Source: Phoronis australis (Eukaryota; Animalia; Phoronida). Taken from it: a DNA stretch of 64,000 nt. Below the pieces are notes generated by a model. That model ran no database searches, had not been told where the DNA came from, and saw only the letters and a list, made by a program, of their open reading frames with translations. The DNA lies in contig NMRA01000138.1 in the NCBI GenBank assembly GCA_002633005.1, forward strand, positions 431,005 through 495,004, given 5' to 3'. The translations under genes and the position numbers were made by a program. Positions 12,629 to 27,015 of the stretch are shown piece by piece (position 1 is the stretch's first letter; every line of letters starts with the position of its first letter).

Positions 12629-15600
12629 TCAGATCCCGGCCTTGACTTTCTCCATTTCCATGTCTATCACCTTCCGCACCTGAAACACACAATTGAGTGG
12701 GATCAGAGACTGTAGTCGGTAAGCCAAACCTTAACTAAACAGAGTATTAGCTGCAGAGACCGTATGCATTCGTCTTTATTAACGGGATTTTCCGTAGATG
12801 AGCTCATGGGCGTGTATTTGGAAAATGAAAAATTTCAGACGTTTCAATAACACCAAATAAACGCCCGGGCGTTTATTCGGAAATGGGGGGCGTGGTAACT
12901 GAAAGTAATAGGTTTTCTGACATTTTTTACTTACAAGTGTTTTTAAATTTTATGTTAATAAATGCATAGTTCGTCAGCACTTTGCTCGTTTTTATAAATG
13001 ATAAATGCTCCACAAAACTATTGAATTTGCGACTAAACGTTGAAGCATCGTGTTCTTTTAAGAGGAAATTTTTGAATGAACGCCCCACTATTTGGACACT
13101 TGACACCAGAAGTTGTAACAAACAAACGCCCATGGGCGTTTATTCAGCATAATTTTCCGAATAAACGCCCATGGGCGTTTCATCGGTTGGACGTATCTAC
13201 GGAAAAACCCGGTAGGATGCATATTCGTGTAAACTGTGCACGTGCTTTGCGCTACGTAAGGCCACACTGCCCGTGCACGACTCATGCTTAAGTAGTTCGG
13301 TAGATGTACATCATACACAGGATGGGAAAACTAGTGAGTGATCTAGCTATGAACAGTTATAACCAGTCCCTTACCTTGTAATCGTAAAACTGGCGCCCTA
13401 TTGGCTTCACCTTACAAGGCGTTTCGCGGTCCATTTCGTCACCATACTCAAGAACATTCAGATCGTTCTAGAAAAATAACAAACAAATCTGCTGGTCAAT
13501 TCCTTTGTCCAATAAAATATGGGATAAGAGTGAATAAGGTAATTTTAATCCATTTAAAACCTTTGCTACTTTCCTAAACATTCTCCTATGGCCGAGTCAA
13601 AGCTGTGCGCTTTCTGGGAAAACTAAATTCTTGCAAAACTGGTATTAAAATGTTTCAATTTTTTATGAAGAACTAACAAAACTTTCGAACGAAGAGTTGT
13701 TTACTAAAAGAAATCTCCAAGAAGACAAGAGGATTGCTAAAACTCACATGTTTTGGATTTTATCGAAATTATACAACAGATAGTGAAGTTGACCGACCGG
13801 ACCGACATACGAAAAGTATATTTCACACTATTTGAAAGATTACGCTTTTGTGCATTATTTTAAAGTAGACACGTGACCTCTTGAAAACCTACAATTTGTG
13901 TGTGACCTATCAACGAGGTCTGTCCCAGTACTGAGAATGGCCTCTCTGTTACCACTGGGATGCATTCTTACCACATCGACTGCCAGATTGTTGGATCCTC
14001 CAGCCATGACGAGCCCGAATAACTTTTTTTTCTCTGAGTGACAAGCGGCGTAATGTGCAGGTGTCCGAAGTAACTGTCAACAGAGAAGGACAGGTAAGGA
14101 TATCAGGTCTGACGTAGACACTTACGATATCTGTGCTTCCTTAGACCAATCCTGATTTCATGTCACTTGCATATATTTACGTGGCATATCGAAAACCATC
14201 TCGTCTCTACTCTAGTCTGGCAGTATCTTGCGAAACGAGGTTATTTCTGGATACAGCAAATATCACGCAAAAGTGTAGTGCCTGAAAAGGTCTCAATGTT
14301 TCAATCAGTGCCGAATTTACAGGGGGCAAGGGAGGTGGTTGCTGCAGCCCAACTCCCCCAAGCCATCCAAAAGGGTCCTCTCTGATAGGAGGATCCCATA
14401 CTATGTTAATATATGTAGTTTAAAGTCATTCTTTCCGCGAATTCATTTTAGTAAAACATTTCGTAAAACGGATTCTAACCCATAAGTTAATTCTGTTAAG
14501 ACTTATGTTCAAATAAGGCAGTACTCAACACAACTCCAGATGTTTTAAAATTTAACATTTAAATGTTATTTTTCAGTTTAATTTTCATTTTTGGTGGCAC
14601 AAAATCACCTAAAATGGCTTCCGTAGTTGACTCATGCATCATGGGTACTCACTTATCAGCCGCCATGTGTAATGAGGTTTACGCGGAAATCAAGCCCAAT
14701 GAAAATAAGGCAAACACAAACAGGGCTGAATGATACGAAATGTTTATATAGTGACTTCTTTCGACTGACGAAAGCCATACTGTGTTCTAAGTCGGCGAGA
14801 ATAAAGGAAATAGCATCACCCTTAGGAAAAAGTGATAGCGTTATAGTTAATATATTAATTCCGTCTGAGAGTGGGTTCCTTTAAAATGAGATTACACTTA
14901 CGAAACAGGGCGCCCTCTCTAAGTGAAAAGAGGAGGGCCCCTGGACATCAATGCTGAGTAATTTCAAAATATGAAAGGGCGGCACTTCATTTCATTGTCC
15001 TTTGACAGTGCCTGAACAAACGGAGTCTCTGTCTTATGGGCATCCTACTAATATCTTTGTGCTTCTCAAGGATTCCTATTTTGAAAACCTTGACAAGTGT
15101 GTGCATTTGGCAAACACCAACATTTTTTCAAGCGCTCGGTCTCTAGAAACTGGTTTGGTAATACGTGGATTAACTAAAATGTCAATTTCTGTTATGGAAA
15201 CCGGCATAAAGAACAAATTTATTTACCAGAGAGTATATTTTTCACAATGGTCAATAGTTGTCCAAAAAGTAGTTGGAATCAAGCTATGCCTCAATTATAC
15301 ACACATATAAACTTAACTACGTTTATAACTAAAATTAATTAAAATTATCTAGTAATATCTAACATTAGATTACAGCCCACGTGCAACAACAGGGTAGAGT
15401 TCAATAGCTGTCGCGCGGCGAGAAAAATCTAGCCAAAATCACGTGTTCTCATTGAAAACACACGAAGATATCTCGAGGAATCGCGCAAGATCTTGTTTTT
15501 CTAGCGAGTACTAGCGTTACTGAACTCAACCCAGATAACCTACAAGTCTGACGCACTATGTCTAAGAAGCACCATTTTCTTCTCAGGAGTTGTTAATATT

Positions 15601-18600
15601 TTTACTGAAAGCATTGAGGCGATATTACTGCAGTTCTATTGCTAAAAGACACCTTCTGAAAGCTGCTTTCGGCTCTATGAATTAAAACACCTGAATCTTT
15701 CTCAGAAAAAAATTTGTTCACGTCAAGTTTCTAAAAGTACTGCATAGTAAAGTACCCGTTTTAAAGTGTGTATGAACGATACCTGCAGCGATATTTTAAG
15801 AAGATAGACCCCTAATAAAAATGCCTCGGGGGCACACACAAAACGGTAAATCTGGCGCTGTTTCAGAAGCTATGCGTTCCTTTTCTCGATGAGATAGCAT
15901 AAGCCTGCAACCGTGATCACGTAGTTTAAAATAGATAATCTCTTTAAGGACCGTCTGTAGACTGTCCAGGTGTTTTATAATTTTTGACATTTTTATAAAT
16001 ATTTACGCCTTCACTATGAGCCTAGCTGACAGAAACTTTGACATTACGGTTTGCTTAATTAACATTAACTCATCATAATAACTCACGTTATCTCGAGCAT
16101 GCACAAGATCCGGAAACTGTTGGGTCAGAAAGCGCACCATGTCCGCGTGGCCATAGAGCACCGCTAGATGGAGCACGGAGCGACCTCCTTTGTCTTTCCC
16201 TAGAATAACAAAGACACCCTTTTTATACTGAGGAACTGATATTGAAATGATTTACTTAATTCAGTATACTAAACTGTAACGTTCTTGTGTAGCTTCCTAG
16301 TTTCATTTTCGAAAATGAGTACGGACGGTCTCATGCTATGTCTTCCAGCAGGCGTCCCTGTTGATTGTTGTGACTTATATTGCGGCACTCCACACGTATT
16401 GTGGCCCGAACAACAATATACCTCGAATGCTTCAATGTGTTAAAATACTCCTTTGATCATCATCGTATATCAAAATGAAATAGTATTTTACGGAAAATTT
16501 TCTTGGGTAGACTCCTTGTAAGCTAGAAAATCATCTCCACTTATGAAAACTTACCCCAGATAATTCGTTTTTCTTGGCAGTGTTTAGAGATATACTTCAA
16601 ATCCCCATCTCTTGCAGCTTGTAGTGTTTCCTGGATTTTTTCCTACAAAGTAATTTCAAGGCCACGTGCACATTTATTTGTAAGGTGTGCGTTTCCTGAC
16701 AGTACATGCGCGCGCACTCAGCCTTCAAAATGGGGGGCTCGAATTCCTGACGTTATGGACCTTTTGCTAACAAAAGAGCGGGCGGACTAAAAAAAAAAAA
16801 AAACGGGAGCACCACTGTGAATTGTGCGTTTGCGCTTATTTACTGGACTTTTTTCCCATTTCCTCGGACATTTTGTCTCTTGTCTCTCAGGGGCGGACCT
16901 TTTTGCCCACTTCACCGAGCCCCCCCTGGGTGCGCGCATGCAGTGGAAAGTGAAAGGAATTCAAAGTTTGGTATGGTTTACGTAAATATGGATATGTGGA
17001 TATTTTAAAACTGTTGGGCATATATCACTGCAAATGATTATTTACTCATCAACAACATCCTTTTATCGCTCAGTAAGGCATTTGACCTATCAAGTTCAAA
17101 GATCCAAGCAGTGCTCATTTGGTCAAGCAAAAATCGTATAAGTTAAGTTAGCCCGAGTGGGCCTAAATCTTCCCGTGGAAGTATTCAATAACCACCATTC
17201 ACACCATGATTTTACCACGTGTAATTAGGAAGGTAACTCGCCGCATTAAAATACAAAAGAAAACAAAGAGTTCCACTCCAAAACCTTTACCAAAATCATG
17301 ATGCTGAATGGGGCTTTAGGAATTATGCTTCGTTGAATATATACATATACCAACCGTGTAGGCCTCGCTATCATCTAGAAGTTCAAGCATCTCCTTCAAG
17401 TTGTTAAGGTATGCGAGTTCGCGAGCACCCTTCTTCTTGGTTGAGTCCTCCACATCTAATATATGATCGTAACTGGCCAAGATGTACTCTTCAACAACAT
17501 ATGTCTCGTCGTTTGTCACTTTAAACACGACGAAATCATCAACAATTCGCTTCAGCCTGTCCTTGAACTCGATGTCGAAATTATCGATATAGTCCCTCGC
17601 CGTGAGGCCGTCAATGTCGCGCAAGGCGACGTCAATCCGTCGCTCGAGTAGTGCACGAATAATGCTCTCTTTTTCGGAAAAGTTTTTTACTCTCTGTTTT
17701 ATCGCTTTGTGAAGCAACGAAGCGCCCCTCTCGTCCCTGAGGTTCACGTCAGCGTTTTGGGCGACAACAAGGGTGATCTGGCTGTCAACATGGTCTTGAA
17801 ACGCCCAGAATGCTGTCGGGCCACAGGGCGCCTTCCCTGTAATTCAGAGTTTCTAGTAGTAAATTAAACAAAAATTTCACGTTTCTATACACGATTCGAC
17901 TATGCCCGGTTTCAGAATTCCACTTGCCCGAGTTCCAGAGGACTGAAGCACCATTCAAAGGAAAACCATCTAAGGTTGGGCTTTGTGTCAGTGCATACTC
18001 ATCACCGCTCATGATGCGACTAAGAAATTTTAATTGACACCTGGGCCCGGTCTCTAATCATTGTACTCGAAACGAACTCGAAACTATTTTTGGCAATTTC
18101 TCTGCCCCTTTTGTGCGAACTTAAGATAATTGGTTATCAGACTGTGCTCGAATACATTATAGTTTATGCATTGGAGTTTCTAGTTCAAGTTTGCCCTTGA
18201 AGACCCTTATATTCGTGCTACAAACTCGAATAAATACTCGAAATTTCGAGTTCAAACTCGAACTTATTGCTTTAATATTGGGTTTACAAACTGTGAACTA
18301 AGGGCAATAAATTATCTACGTAAATTATTGTGTACTCGAGCATAGAATAATAGACACTTATCTTGAGTTCACCCAAAAGTAGAGTAGAAAATGCCAAACC
18401 TAATTTCGAGTTCCATTTCGAGTAAAAGATTGGAGACCGGGCCCTGGAATCCACTAACACGTATCTACAAAAAACGTGATTGGACAAAAACGGGTTTTCC
18501 GCCATTGATGTTAAACAAAAATCATTTCTCTACACAATTTACATAACAGGTTCGGTACCTTCGTATTGCATGCTGAGATCAGAGCCAAATCTAATGAGAA

Positions 18601-21600
18601 GTTTCACGACGTCTGCCGTACACATGTCTATGGCGGGAATTATCAGAGGTCTTCGCACGTGCTCTACGCTGAAGTCCTTTCGGTAACCCGCATTAAAGTC
18701 CGGTTCGATGGGATTCACATTACATTTACCTAAAATCAAATCAAATTCTGCATTTTTATGTCACGACTACAAAAATATGAGTGGAAATGCATAATTCAAA
18801 CAACTTTACCTAAAACCTCCGACTGCTACAGGGGTCACGTCTAATATATTTCAAAACAGAGAAAAACGAAGCCAGTTAAACAGGTAGTCCGTATGAAAAT
18901 GTGATAAATAGGATTAAATGACATCAAGTGTTTATTTGAATTTATTAGTTCACCAACATTCTAATGAGAAATTTCAGTCGTGTCGATAATTTGTCATTGT
19001 TGTGACTGCGCAAAACTACCACAGCTAGGTGCTCTGTAACAAAAGACGATTTTGATTTACCTTTCCCCAGGGCCAATAGGTTTTTTATACGTGGCACGTC
19101 ACAGGCAAATACAGCAGTGACGAATTCGCTCGTGTGCTCCTGTTGTTCAAGAAGCGCTGCAATCTCGGAATATTGCATAGCAGTTGCCACGTCCTTCAGT
19201 AGCCGGTCCGTCTTGGTCGTGTGAACTCGACACCACTTGGCCAGCCATACACGAACCTTATTCAGATCGCCATCCTCCACTACAAATGCAAGTAGCCGAA
19301 CTAAACTGTCTCGTAAAAAATAATAAGCTGTTTAATTTTCCATTTTCATAAAACAAAAACGATTCCTCGTTTTAACTACTATTATTTTTAGTTTACAGTA
19401 AGCTAGTTTGCAGACAAAATAGGAAAACTTCTAATAAACCCGGTTGCCAAACCTAGCAATTCTCGGATTCATTTCTAAATAAACATTACCTGCCACCCAT
19501 AACCCTGGTTGATCTTTGCGATGATGTCGAATCCCTTTCACAATTTTTCCTTTGAACTGATAGTTCTCAATAGCTAGAGACTCGCCAGATGGCGTTCCAA
19601 GGGAAGCATCAACACCTTTGAAAGATGTAAACACAGAATCAGATATGCATTTTATAAATCTTGCATTTACTGATAAATGTAAAATCTTTAAAGTCACGGT
19701 TCGGTATGATCATTTTCGTTCAGTGTCGCACAAACCATAGCAGCACATTACACCAAAAAGCTGCACTCTACCGAGCATGCGAGTTTTCTTTGAGCTTTAC
19801 GCGATGGAAGCTTCACCATTACACAGAATTAGGCTGGTGTGCCTGTATGTAAAAGATTTGAGTAAAACCGAGCAACAGGTTTTAAAAATATCATGTGACT
19901 GAACGTATTTTATCTGTCGTAAAATGGTACAGCTGAGCAATATAAAATAAAAAGTATGGACAAAACAGACGAATGGCAATCACATATTAACAGATGTAAA
20001 ATATTCACCTACGCCTAAAAGTAAAGCTTAGGTGCATGCGTTTGTAGCTATACAAAGAACATTGAGCAGTAGAGAGAAAGTATTTGAGAAAAAACATTGA
20101 GATCTGATATAGGTGCATGCTCCTTCTATGAGCGCATTTCAGGTGATATATACTTACCGATTCGCAGCATATGAAACACAAGAGATTGATCCTGGTCGTG
20201 ATACGACATAAGTAAAGCAGTTCTTCCGTCTTTGGTGCGAGCATTTATGTCTATACCGGCCAAAGCAAACATATACAATAATCGAATGAGATATTTCCGG
20301 CAGTTCACTTCCGTTTCGTGATAAACATGGCTGAGTAAGTGCAAATAGGTCCATCCGTCGTCTTCTTCCTTGAAACTTTTTAATCGCAGATCCACTTCTC
20401 CTTCCCTTACTAATGTGATGGCATCAAGTAAACTTTCCTCCGTGTGCTCTATGAGTTTTTGATAGAGTGGAGAGGAATGGAAAGCTGTCTTCCAGTTCTG
20501 AAGATTTTCTAAAAGAAATTTGAGAATAACCCGAAAATAAAAAAACGCAACCTCGACACAATTTTTCCGAAGGTTATTTTATTTATGGTTTTGGTCCATT
20601 TATAGATGGAAGTACGACAAATGTTCGCTGATTGAGCACATGAGGTTTGTAATTCTATTTTGTGAAACTTGCAACAAAAATAAACACTTAGAAAATGTCA
20701 TTCTTTTATTAGCATGGTTTACAATGTCCAACTGACATTGAACGATATCGCGTGATAACGAGATTATTTGTTACTCAGCATTTAAAAAACACAAAAACGA
20801 CAATTTTGACTTTGATGTTTGAGCGAAATAACAGACCTCTTAGCGTAATACAGCCAAGGACTGAGTTGCACAGAAGCTGAACAACACTGGTTTCTGAAGC
20901 AGTGTGCGATTGTGGAAGTGGAAAACTGCTTTAAATAATCAATACCAACTCCTATTTTAAAGTGTACAAACCTTCATAATCTTGGATGCCATTAGCGCCG
21001 TTGTTTATAAGAAAGTCGTACATATTTCGAAGGGGTTCTCCTAGTTCCCGAACAGCAACAATTAATGGTTTTGGAACCGAGTAGGAGGCATCGGTAATGT
21101 TGACTACGTTCCTGCCTGTAGTAGAGCAATCGAAAGGTTTATCAGATACAATCAAATACAAATCACGCTTAGTTGGAAATTCTTGCATAAAAGTATTAAC
21201 GACCTTCGATTAGAAGACTTACTGAAAAAGAAACTAACAATGACTTATATACTTATTATTCATTTTTCGTAACAGTTACAATCAATTTATTTACAAACAC
21301 GAAATTTTCATTCATTTCTCACCCCACAAGAGTGGGAAAATTGGCAACACAAGTGGCGCTCAACTAAAACATATAGTGGTCCGAATTGGTAGGGTGATAA
21401 CTGGGCCGCCAGAACACTTTAGCTTACAACGGAGAAACACCGTTACCACGGGAGAAAACCCTTACTACAACTCTCCACGAAACACTTGCCACCCAACCAC
21501 AAGAACTCAAACCACGCAAAAAAACCTTTAGCAGGAACATAGAGTAAAAACCCTGGTATGTGGTTAAATTCATCTTCGGTGGTAAGGGTCCTTGACTGGA

Positions 21601-24600
21601 AAGAGTGCTTGTAGTGCGTGGACGGTAAGTGAGTTCGGTGGGGTAGGATATGGGCTCCATGGAAGGTGTTTGCAACCTTGGTAAGGTTCGAGTCCCAGAT
21701 TGTCAAAAATAGTCAAAGCACAAGCACAGATCCACAGGGTGTCCAATTTTGTATTTCTGTAATGGAACAATATGAATTGCTCATTGTGGCTCTCCATCAT
21801 TACATCCCCGGTCCCTTTGACCCTGAACCTGTGCCTGAGTCGTAGTTACGCCTACCGGCTTCTCGTAACAGTTCCTTTGCTAGATCCAACTGTCCTCCAA
21901 GAACAGCATGGATGAATTCCGCCCGCGGGTGCCACTCTTCCAACAATCTCTTAATCTCGAGATTTCCTGTTTCCTCACACGTGTCCCTCAGTAACTTCCG
22001 GCCGCATCTCACATCCACCCTAATCCACGATTTGAGGTACATCTCAACGGTTGAATAGAGTTCCCTCTTCACTGCAAGTAGAAATTATAACAAGTGAATA
22101 ATCGTGCTCCATAGTGAGTGCATGTACTAACAGTATACTGCTTGAATGTGACAGTCCTAAATGACTAGACCGAGTCATCACACTTATCTTTCTAAACGTT
22201 CTCAAAAGTTTAAACATCAAAAATTTGCAAACAATAGTAAAGAGGTTATTTAATTCAAACAAAGTTGTGTTGTGCCTGGGATAGGCTCCCCAATTAGCAT
22301 AGATATAACGGAAGTCACTCAACAGTGCGCCCATCATGAAAGAGGTATCTGGAACGTGTCGCTCAAATGGGTGACTCTTTCACACTAGTTTCGCATCGAA
22401 ATAGCGACCTATTTTCTATTTTCTGATTTGATTTCCTTAAAGGTTCAAAACTCTACAAAAGGACCCTTTTCCAACGACAAAAATCTAAATAAACGTTTAA
22501 AGTATTTCAAAAGTGTTGGTTTTTAAAGATGTACTCGCTTTTAACACCTAGTTGCGCACTTAATGGATTAAAATGACAGTGGTCAAGAATCTCCAAACAA
22601 AAGGGTTACGGGATTACGAGATTGACCCTGTATACAAGAGGGTGAGCTTCTGGAATAAAATCTTACGACAGGGTGACATTTTTATGAAAGCTCCCAAAAA
22701 TGGGTCCCTTATTTTCGAATTCAAACCCTAAATTAGGTGGCATCTATAATTTTCAGCTGTATCTACTGTCAAAAATATAGAGCTACCCCTTCGGGAACGT
22801 AGCAACTAGAGCACGTGACCTGTTCGTGAGTAGCCATGCGGGACTTGCGCCCGATTCAAAATAGAGCATAGAACAGGTTAGCAACTAACTTACCTGCGCT
22901 CCAAATGCCAGAATATGCGTGCGGCTGTCTCTTCACTATGTGACAGATGCGATGATTGAAACAGTGTACAACGCGACACCCGCGCTCGTTCGTTATACAG
23001 GGATCGCAGCCTGAAAGTAAATACGACGGTTACCTGAACGTGCCTCATGAGATAATAGTCAGAGTTCATTGTAACCATAAAGCAGCTGGAATTAAGTTCC
23101 TAACACGACTGCAGTTTTTAACTGAAAATGTCCAAACATTTTGTCTAAACATTTGTTCGTTTTCATAATTAGGGCATTTTCTTTTTATCCAGTAAGTTTT
23201 TCAATTAAAATGCGTCGTGTTATCGCATTTCAGGAATATTCCACAATTGCCAAGTGCATTGTGGGCAATTCGACTCACATTAAAAATTGCATTAACTTCT
23301 CATCAGGTGTCGCGCGCACACACGCGTATAATAATGACACCTTCATCTGAGTAACCATTTGGAGACGGACATGAACGCCAAGAACAATAAGTCAGCAGCT
23401 TGTGCCATTTAGGGGGGCAGTTTATTGGACACAATTTTAAGAATAAAATAGTTATGAACCATTTTCCCGTAAAATATAACTTTCGATTCTGGACACAGCT
23501 ATCAATAACTCTGTTCTTTACTTGCATCCGAAATGATTCCTGTGCTCACGAAGAGCTGAGAGTAAGTTGTTGCTTAGACGAGGCTGGCTTGTCACGGCGT
23601 GTCATTTTATGCACCGAACACAGTCTCAAGGATTACTGAACTGTCATAGCTTCCACAGCCCAGAAATCATTCTTCATGAGAGGAGGGAACAAAGTTATAT
23701 AGCAGAAAGGATCTAACTGAAAAGTTAATTTTTGAGAACTACAGGTAGGTTTACAGCCGACTTGAGGGAGAAAGAAACCGTTTTTTCGATGTTACCTTTA
23801 CTAAAAATACAGACTCGTAGTTATCTTTGAAAAACGTTTTCCCCATTAACTATTGCTTCACTGTAGTGTATTTAATATCCTCGCGATAAAAATGTAACAT
23901 TAAAGCGGCATCAAATCCATGCTTTCTGTCAAAAATCAAGATTTGATTGAGGCTACTAACAGTTACGAAATTAATTTCAAACTGGAATTTTAGGGCTTGG
24001 GAAGAAGTGAAATGTCGTTATTTCTTTAGACGAAGCTCATCATGTGGAGAATTTCTCGCTTACACTGGTGACTATCTGATTCCCTAAGCCCCAGACAACT
24101 TTTACGAGGCCTATTCAGCACGCCCTTTGTATTGATGTAGACCTGAGCTAATGAAGTGGAAAGGTAATTGCTAGCATTACTGTCTCAACAATGGTTGTTG
24201 TTAGTACCCCCGATCTGGTTTTCTCTGACGTTTGCAGAGTTATAGCCTGCAACTCTGAAGCGTAGTTTTAACTTGGTACATTATAAATATTACAAAATGA
24301 CTAAAAAGGTTAACTTGTGTTTATCTTCACAAAGGGCCACTTCCCAAAGGGACGATAAGTTTCATATTGGTTTTCTTTATTTAATTTTTAATGCTTCTGC
24401 CCATTTTTTTTTTCTTACCGGGAACGGGTTGATAAATTTTTATCTAAGTTTTGAACTTGAAGTACCAAAACAGTGGTAGATTTTGATTGCCAGCTAAACT
24501 TAATTAGTTAGGTTCATTGTGAGCCCATCCCTAAACTTACCACATTACAGGTACAATAAACATTTCACGTATCATTAAAGTTTAATCTTTATTAGAACTC

Positions 24601-27015
24601 AAATCATGAAATATACAAAAGTGCAAATATGGTGATAACCAAACTGAAGATTTTGAATCTCTGGACGATTTCGGTGGCACTGACTATATAACTATTCTAG
24701 CTCTTTGTCAGTAATAAAAATGAAAAGTGGCACAACAATTGTTTCCTGGTCAAAAATCTGATTAAACGAGATTGAAAGAATATAAAAAATGAATCCATGT
24801 GATATTGTTAACTCTGATCAGCGTTTGTATATCCACCGAGTATATCAATACGAGCTGTAGTTTATCTTCAATCGTACCCAATGGTTGTAGTTTTTAGATT
24901 ATTAGTTCGATTTTTAAAAATCGAAAACCGTACTTGGTTGTCTTCTTTCCAGCTGAATACCGCCGTGGTGTTCGGTGAACGAAAATTAGTGGTTAACGCA
25001 TTTTGAAAATTCGCCATTATGTACAGTCAGAGATGTTTAATACAGTTTATGGTCGGATAATTACATTAATTGGGTCTTGCTCGCATCGGGCAAAGCGGTC
25101 ATCACCTGATTCCGGTCGGCCGCGCTCTCTTCGATCCTGGTACAAGTCGCTCAGAAGGACGAGCGGTGAAAATTCCCGCATTATCTTTAGAAACGCGTGA
25201 CTTCCTTGTAAGCGTTTTATTCGCGGTACGTTCAGTTTCAGGTCACAGAAGACTGTTCAGTAGACGGAACACGAATCCAAGTACAGTGCTAGAACACAGA
25301 AATCGTGATCACGGACTGATTGAATTTCGATTGCTTTTCACTGAGAACTATATTACAAATTTTGGAGAGTCATTGAAACATTTAATCAATATATTCATTA
25401 TTTATATTTCAACCAATTTTTGTTGTGTCAACCGCCAACCAGCAAGGTATTCACCACATGACATATTTGGGGAGACCTAAACATACATAAGCTTGGTCTA
25501 TAGAAATAACATCAGTTCGTCCCATTCCCTAAAGGAACGAGATAAAATCAACTTCATTGCTGTAAATAGCCTAAATGAAAACCTTTTGTTTGACAGAAAG
25601 CACGTTTTAATGACACCTTTAAATAATGGCTCTGCTTAAGCACAAAATCAGTTAAAGCTCTTCGAAGCAATCCCCTAGATTTGGCTTACAACTGATTTTC
25701 AAATTTGTTGGGAACAGGCGGTACCAGTATATCTGGGTACAGCTCTCACGTTCATTGAGCTCCCGGTATTTACGCGTTGGTCAATGAACGTATGACGTGA
25801 GGAAAAGTAGTAAGACACATCAGGCAGTCTAAATTAGTCAATCAAACTACATAACTGCAGAGCTTTGAAGTCTGCTAGATGTTTCTGGCAAGATCTACAA
25901 AATTTTATACTGCCATCACCGTGGGCGGCGCAGAACTGAAAAAGTGGGGCTATAGGCCTCCCCCCGTAGCCCACCAGGCCATGGGCGGCGGAGTACTGAA
26001 AAAAATGGGGTCTATAGCCCCCAGCCCCCTATGGTGCGCCGCCCATTCACGAAAATAGCCAGCATTTGTTAGCCAGGGAGCATGTAGGCTAACGCCCGCT
26101 GGTGGATCTCCGGAGCCATAAGGGGTTTCTGCCACAATTTAGAAAGGACAAGCACAAATGATCAGTGCCTTAAAATAACGTACTGGCGCCGATTTGTTTT
26201 CTTTTTTGTCATGCCCAGAAGGGGACCAGGTTCCCACCGACCCACGACCCCCTAAAGCCATATCTGATAGAATATAATTTTAACGGTAGTAGTCAATTAA
26301 AGGGATCAAGCATTTTGAGAATTAATTTTCTGCACTGAATAACAGGCACCAAACTGATTCTAAAAAATCTAGGATCCGTAAACTACTGCTCATTCTAGAT
26401 CGTCGTCACTAACTGTTTCGGCTTTCTCCCCTAAATCATCAGCATGCCACAAACACTATTAGATGAAATCCTCCCAACTTGAAGATGATTTCCAAAACCC
26501 AGCAATTCAAATTGCTCGCAAATAGTTGCCAAGATGTGACGTTTACACTTGTCGCCGTACAGTGGTGTCTTACCAATTCGTATCAGATGCTCGCAGAAAC
26601 CATCAGCAAACGGCTTAAAGCAAGCAATATGCAAGCACGTATTCCCGACGCCATTCCGCATGTTTACCTCCACACCCTTTATAGACAAACGATACACCAG
26701 AGGAAAAGCAACGCTCAAGTCCCCACCACTGTTTTTATGAATCTGTAATGAATTGCCCACTAGGTGGTGCAGGAATGTGTTTCCCGTCGTATCGGACTTC
26801 TGTTTTATTGAAGTTTCAGTCATGGCGTCAACGACGTTGAGTGCTTGGTAAAGACTTTCTTTCGTACTCTCTTGGATGAGACGAAACAGTTCCGTTTGCT
26901 CGAATACTTCATCATACTTCACTTTCTGTTTTGCAGACGCCAACCTTGAGAATTCGCTCGTCATAAGAGCTGAGAGGGGCGATTCCGTGCCGTTCGTTAC
27001 CCGAATACCATTCAT
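12629..27015 (-). CDS. Ankyrin-repeat protein (~904 aa) with an internally duplicated N-terminal module; 14 coding exons
   Basis: join(complement): 27015-26574, 23010-22894, 22071-21856, 21115-20972, 20508-20158, 19615-19490, 19279-19061, 18729-18559, 17836-17355, 16642-16555, 16199-16087, 14073-13972, 13467-13375, 12679-12629. All introns are GT-AG and phase-compatible; total 2715 nt, ending VRKVIDMEMEKVKAGI*. Ankyrin motifs: GNTFLHHL, GVEVNMRNGVGNTCLHIAC, GIDINARTKDGRTALL, DVNLRDERGASLLHKA, DKGGRSVLHLAVLYGHADMVRFL, RTPAHYAA. An acceptor at 27048 is open in frame, so an upstream exon may exist. Minus-strand AATAAA at 12419-12424. Confidence 0.88.
12783..13211. mobile_element. MITE with palindromic subterminal motifs, in the last intron of the ankyrin gene
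   Basis: Inverted ends CGGGATTTTCCGTAGAT / ATCTACGGAAAAACCCG. Repeated palindromes AATAAACGCCC(AT)GGGCGTTTATT. Confidence 0.65.
16705..16940 (+). mobile_element. MITE with CATGCGCGC ends
   Basis: TIR CATGCGCGC...GCGCGCATG. A second family member lies at 3851-4057. Confidence 0.7.
18044..18443. mobile_element. MITE, PIF/Harbinger-like, 400 bp
   Basis: TIR GGCCCGGTCTCTAATC / GATTGGAGACCGGGCC, perfect CTG target-site duplication (18041-43, 18444-46), many internal ACTCGA/TCGAGT motifs. Confidence 0.85.
25921..26046. mobile_element. Short GC-rich MITE-like element
   Basis: Inverted ends TGGGCGGCGCA / TGCGCCGCCCA and an internal duplication TGGGCGGCG...ACTGAAAAA...TGGGG.CTATAG. Confidence 0.5.

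Noticed and set aside
25070-25480. 136-aa plus-strand ORF in ankyrin-gene intron 1
   Set aside because: Non-ATG start, no domain, no supporting splice structure. The CpG-richer patch may be regulatory, but there is no direct evidence.
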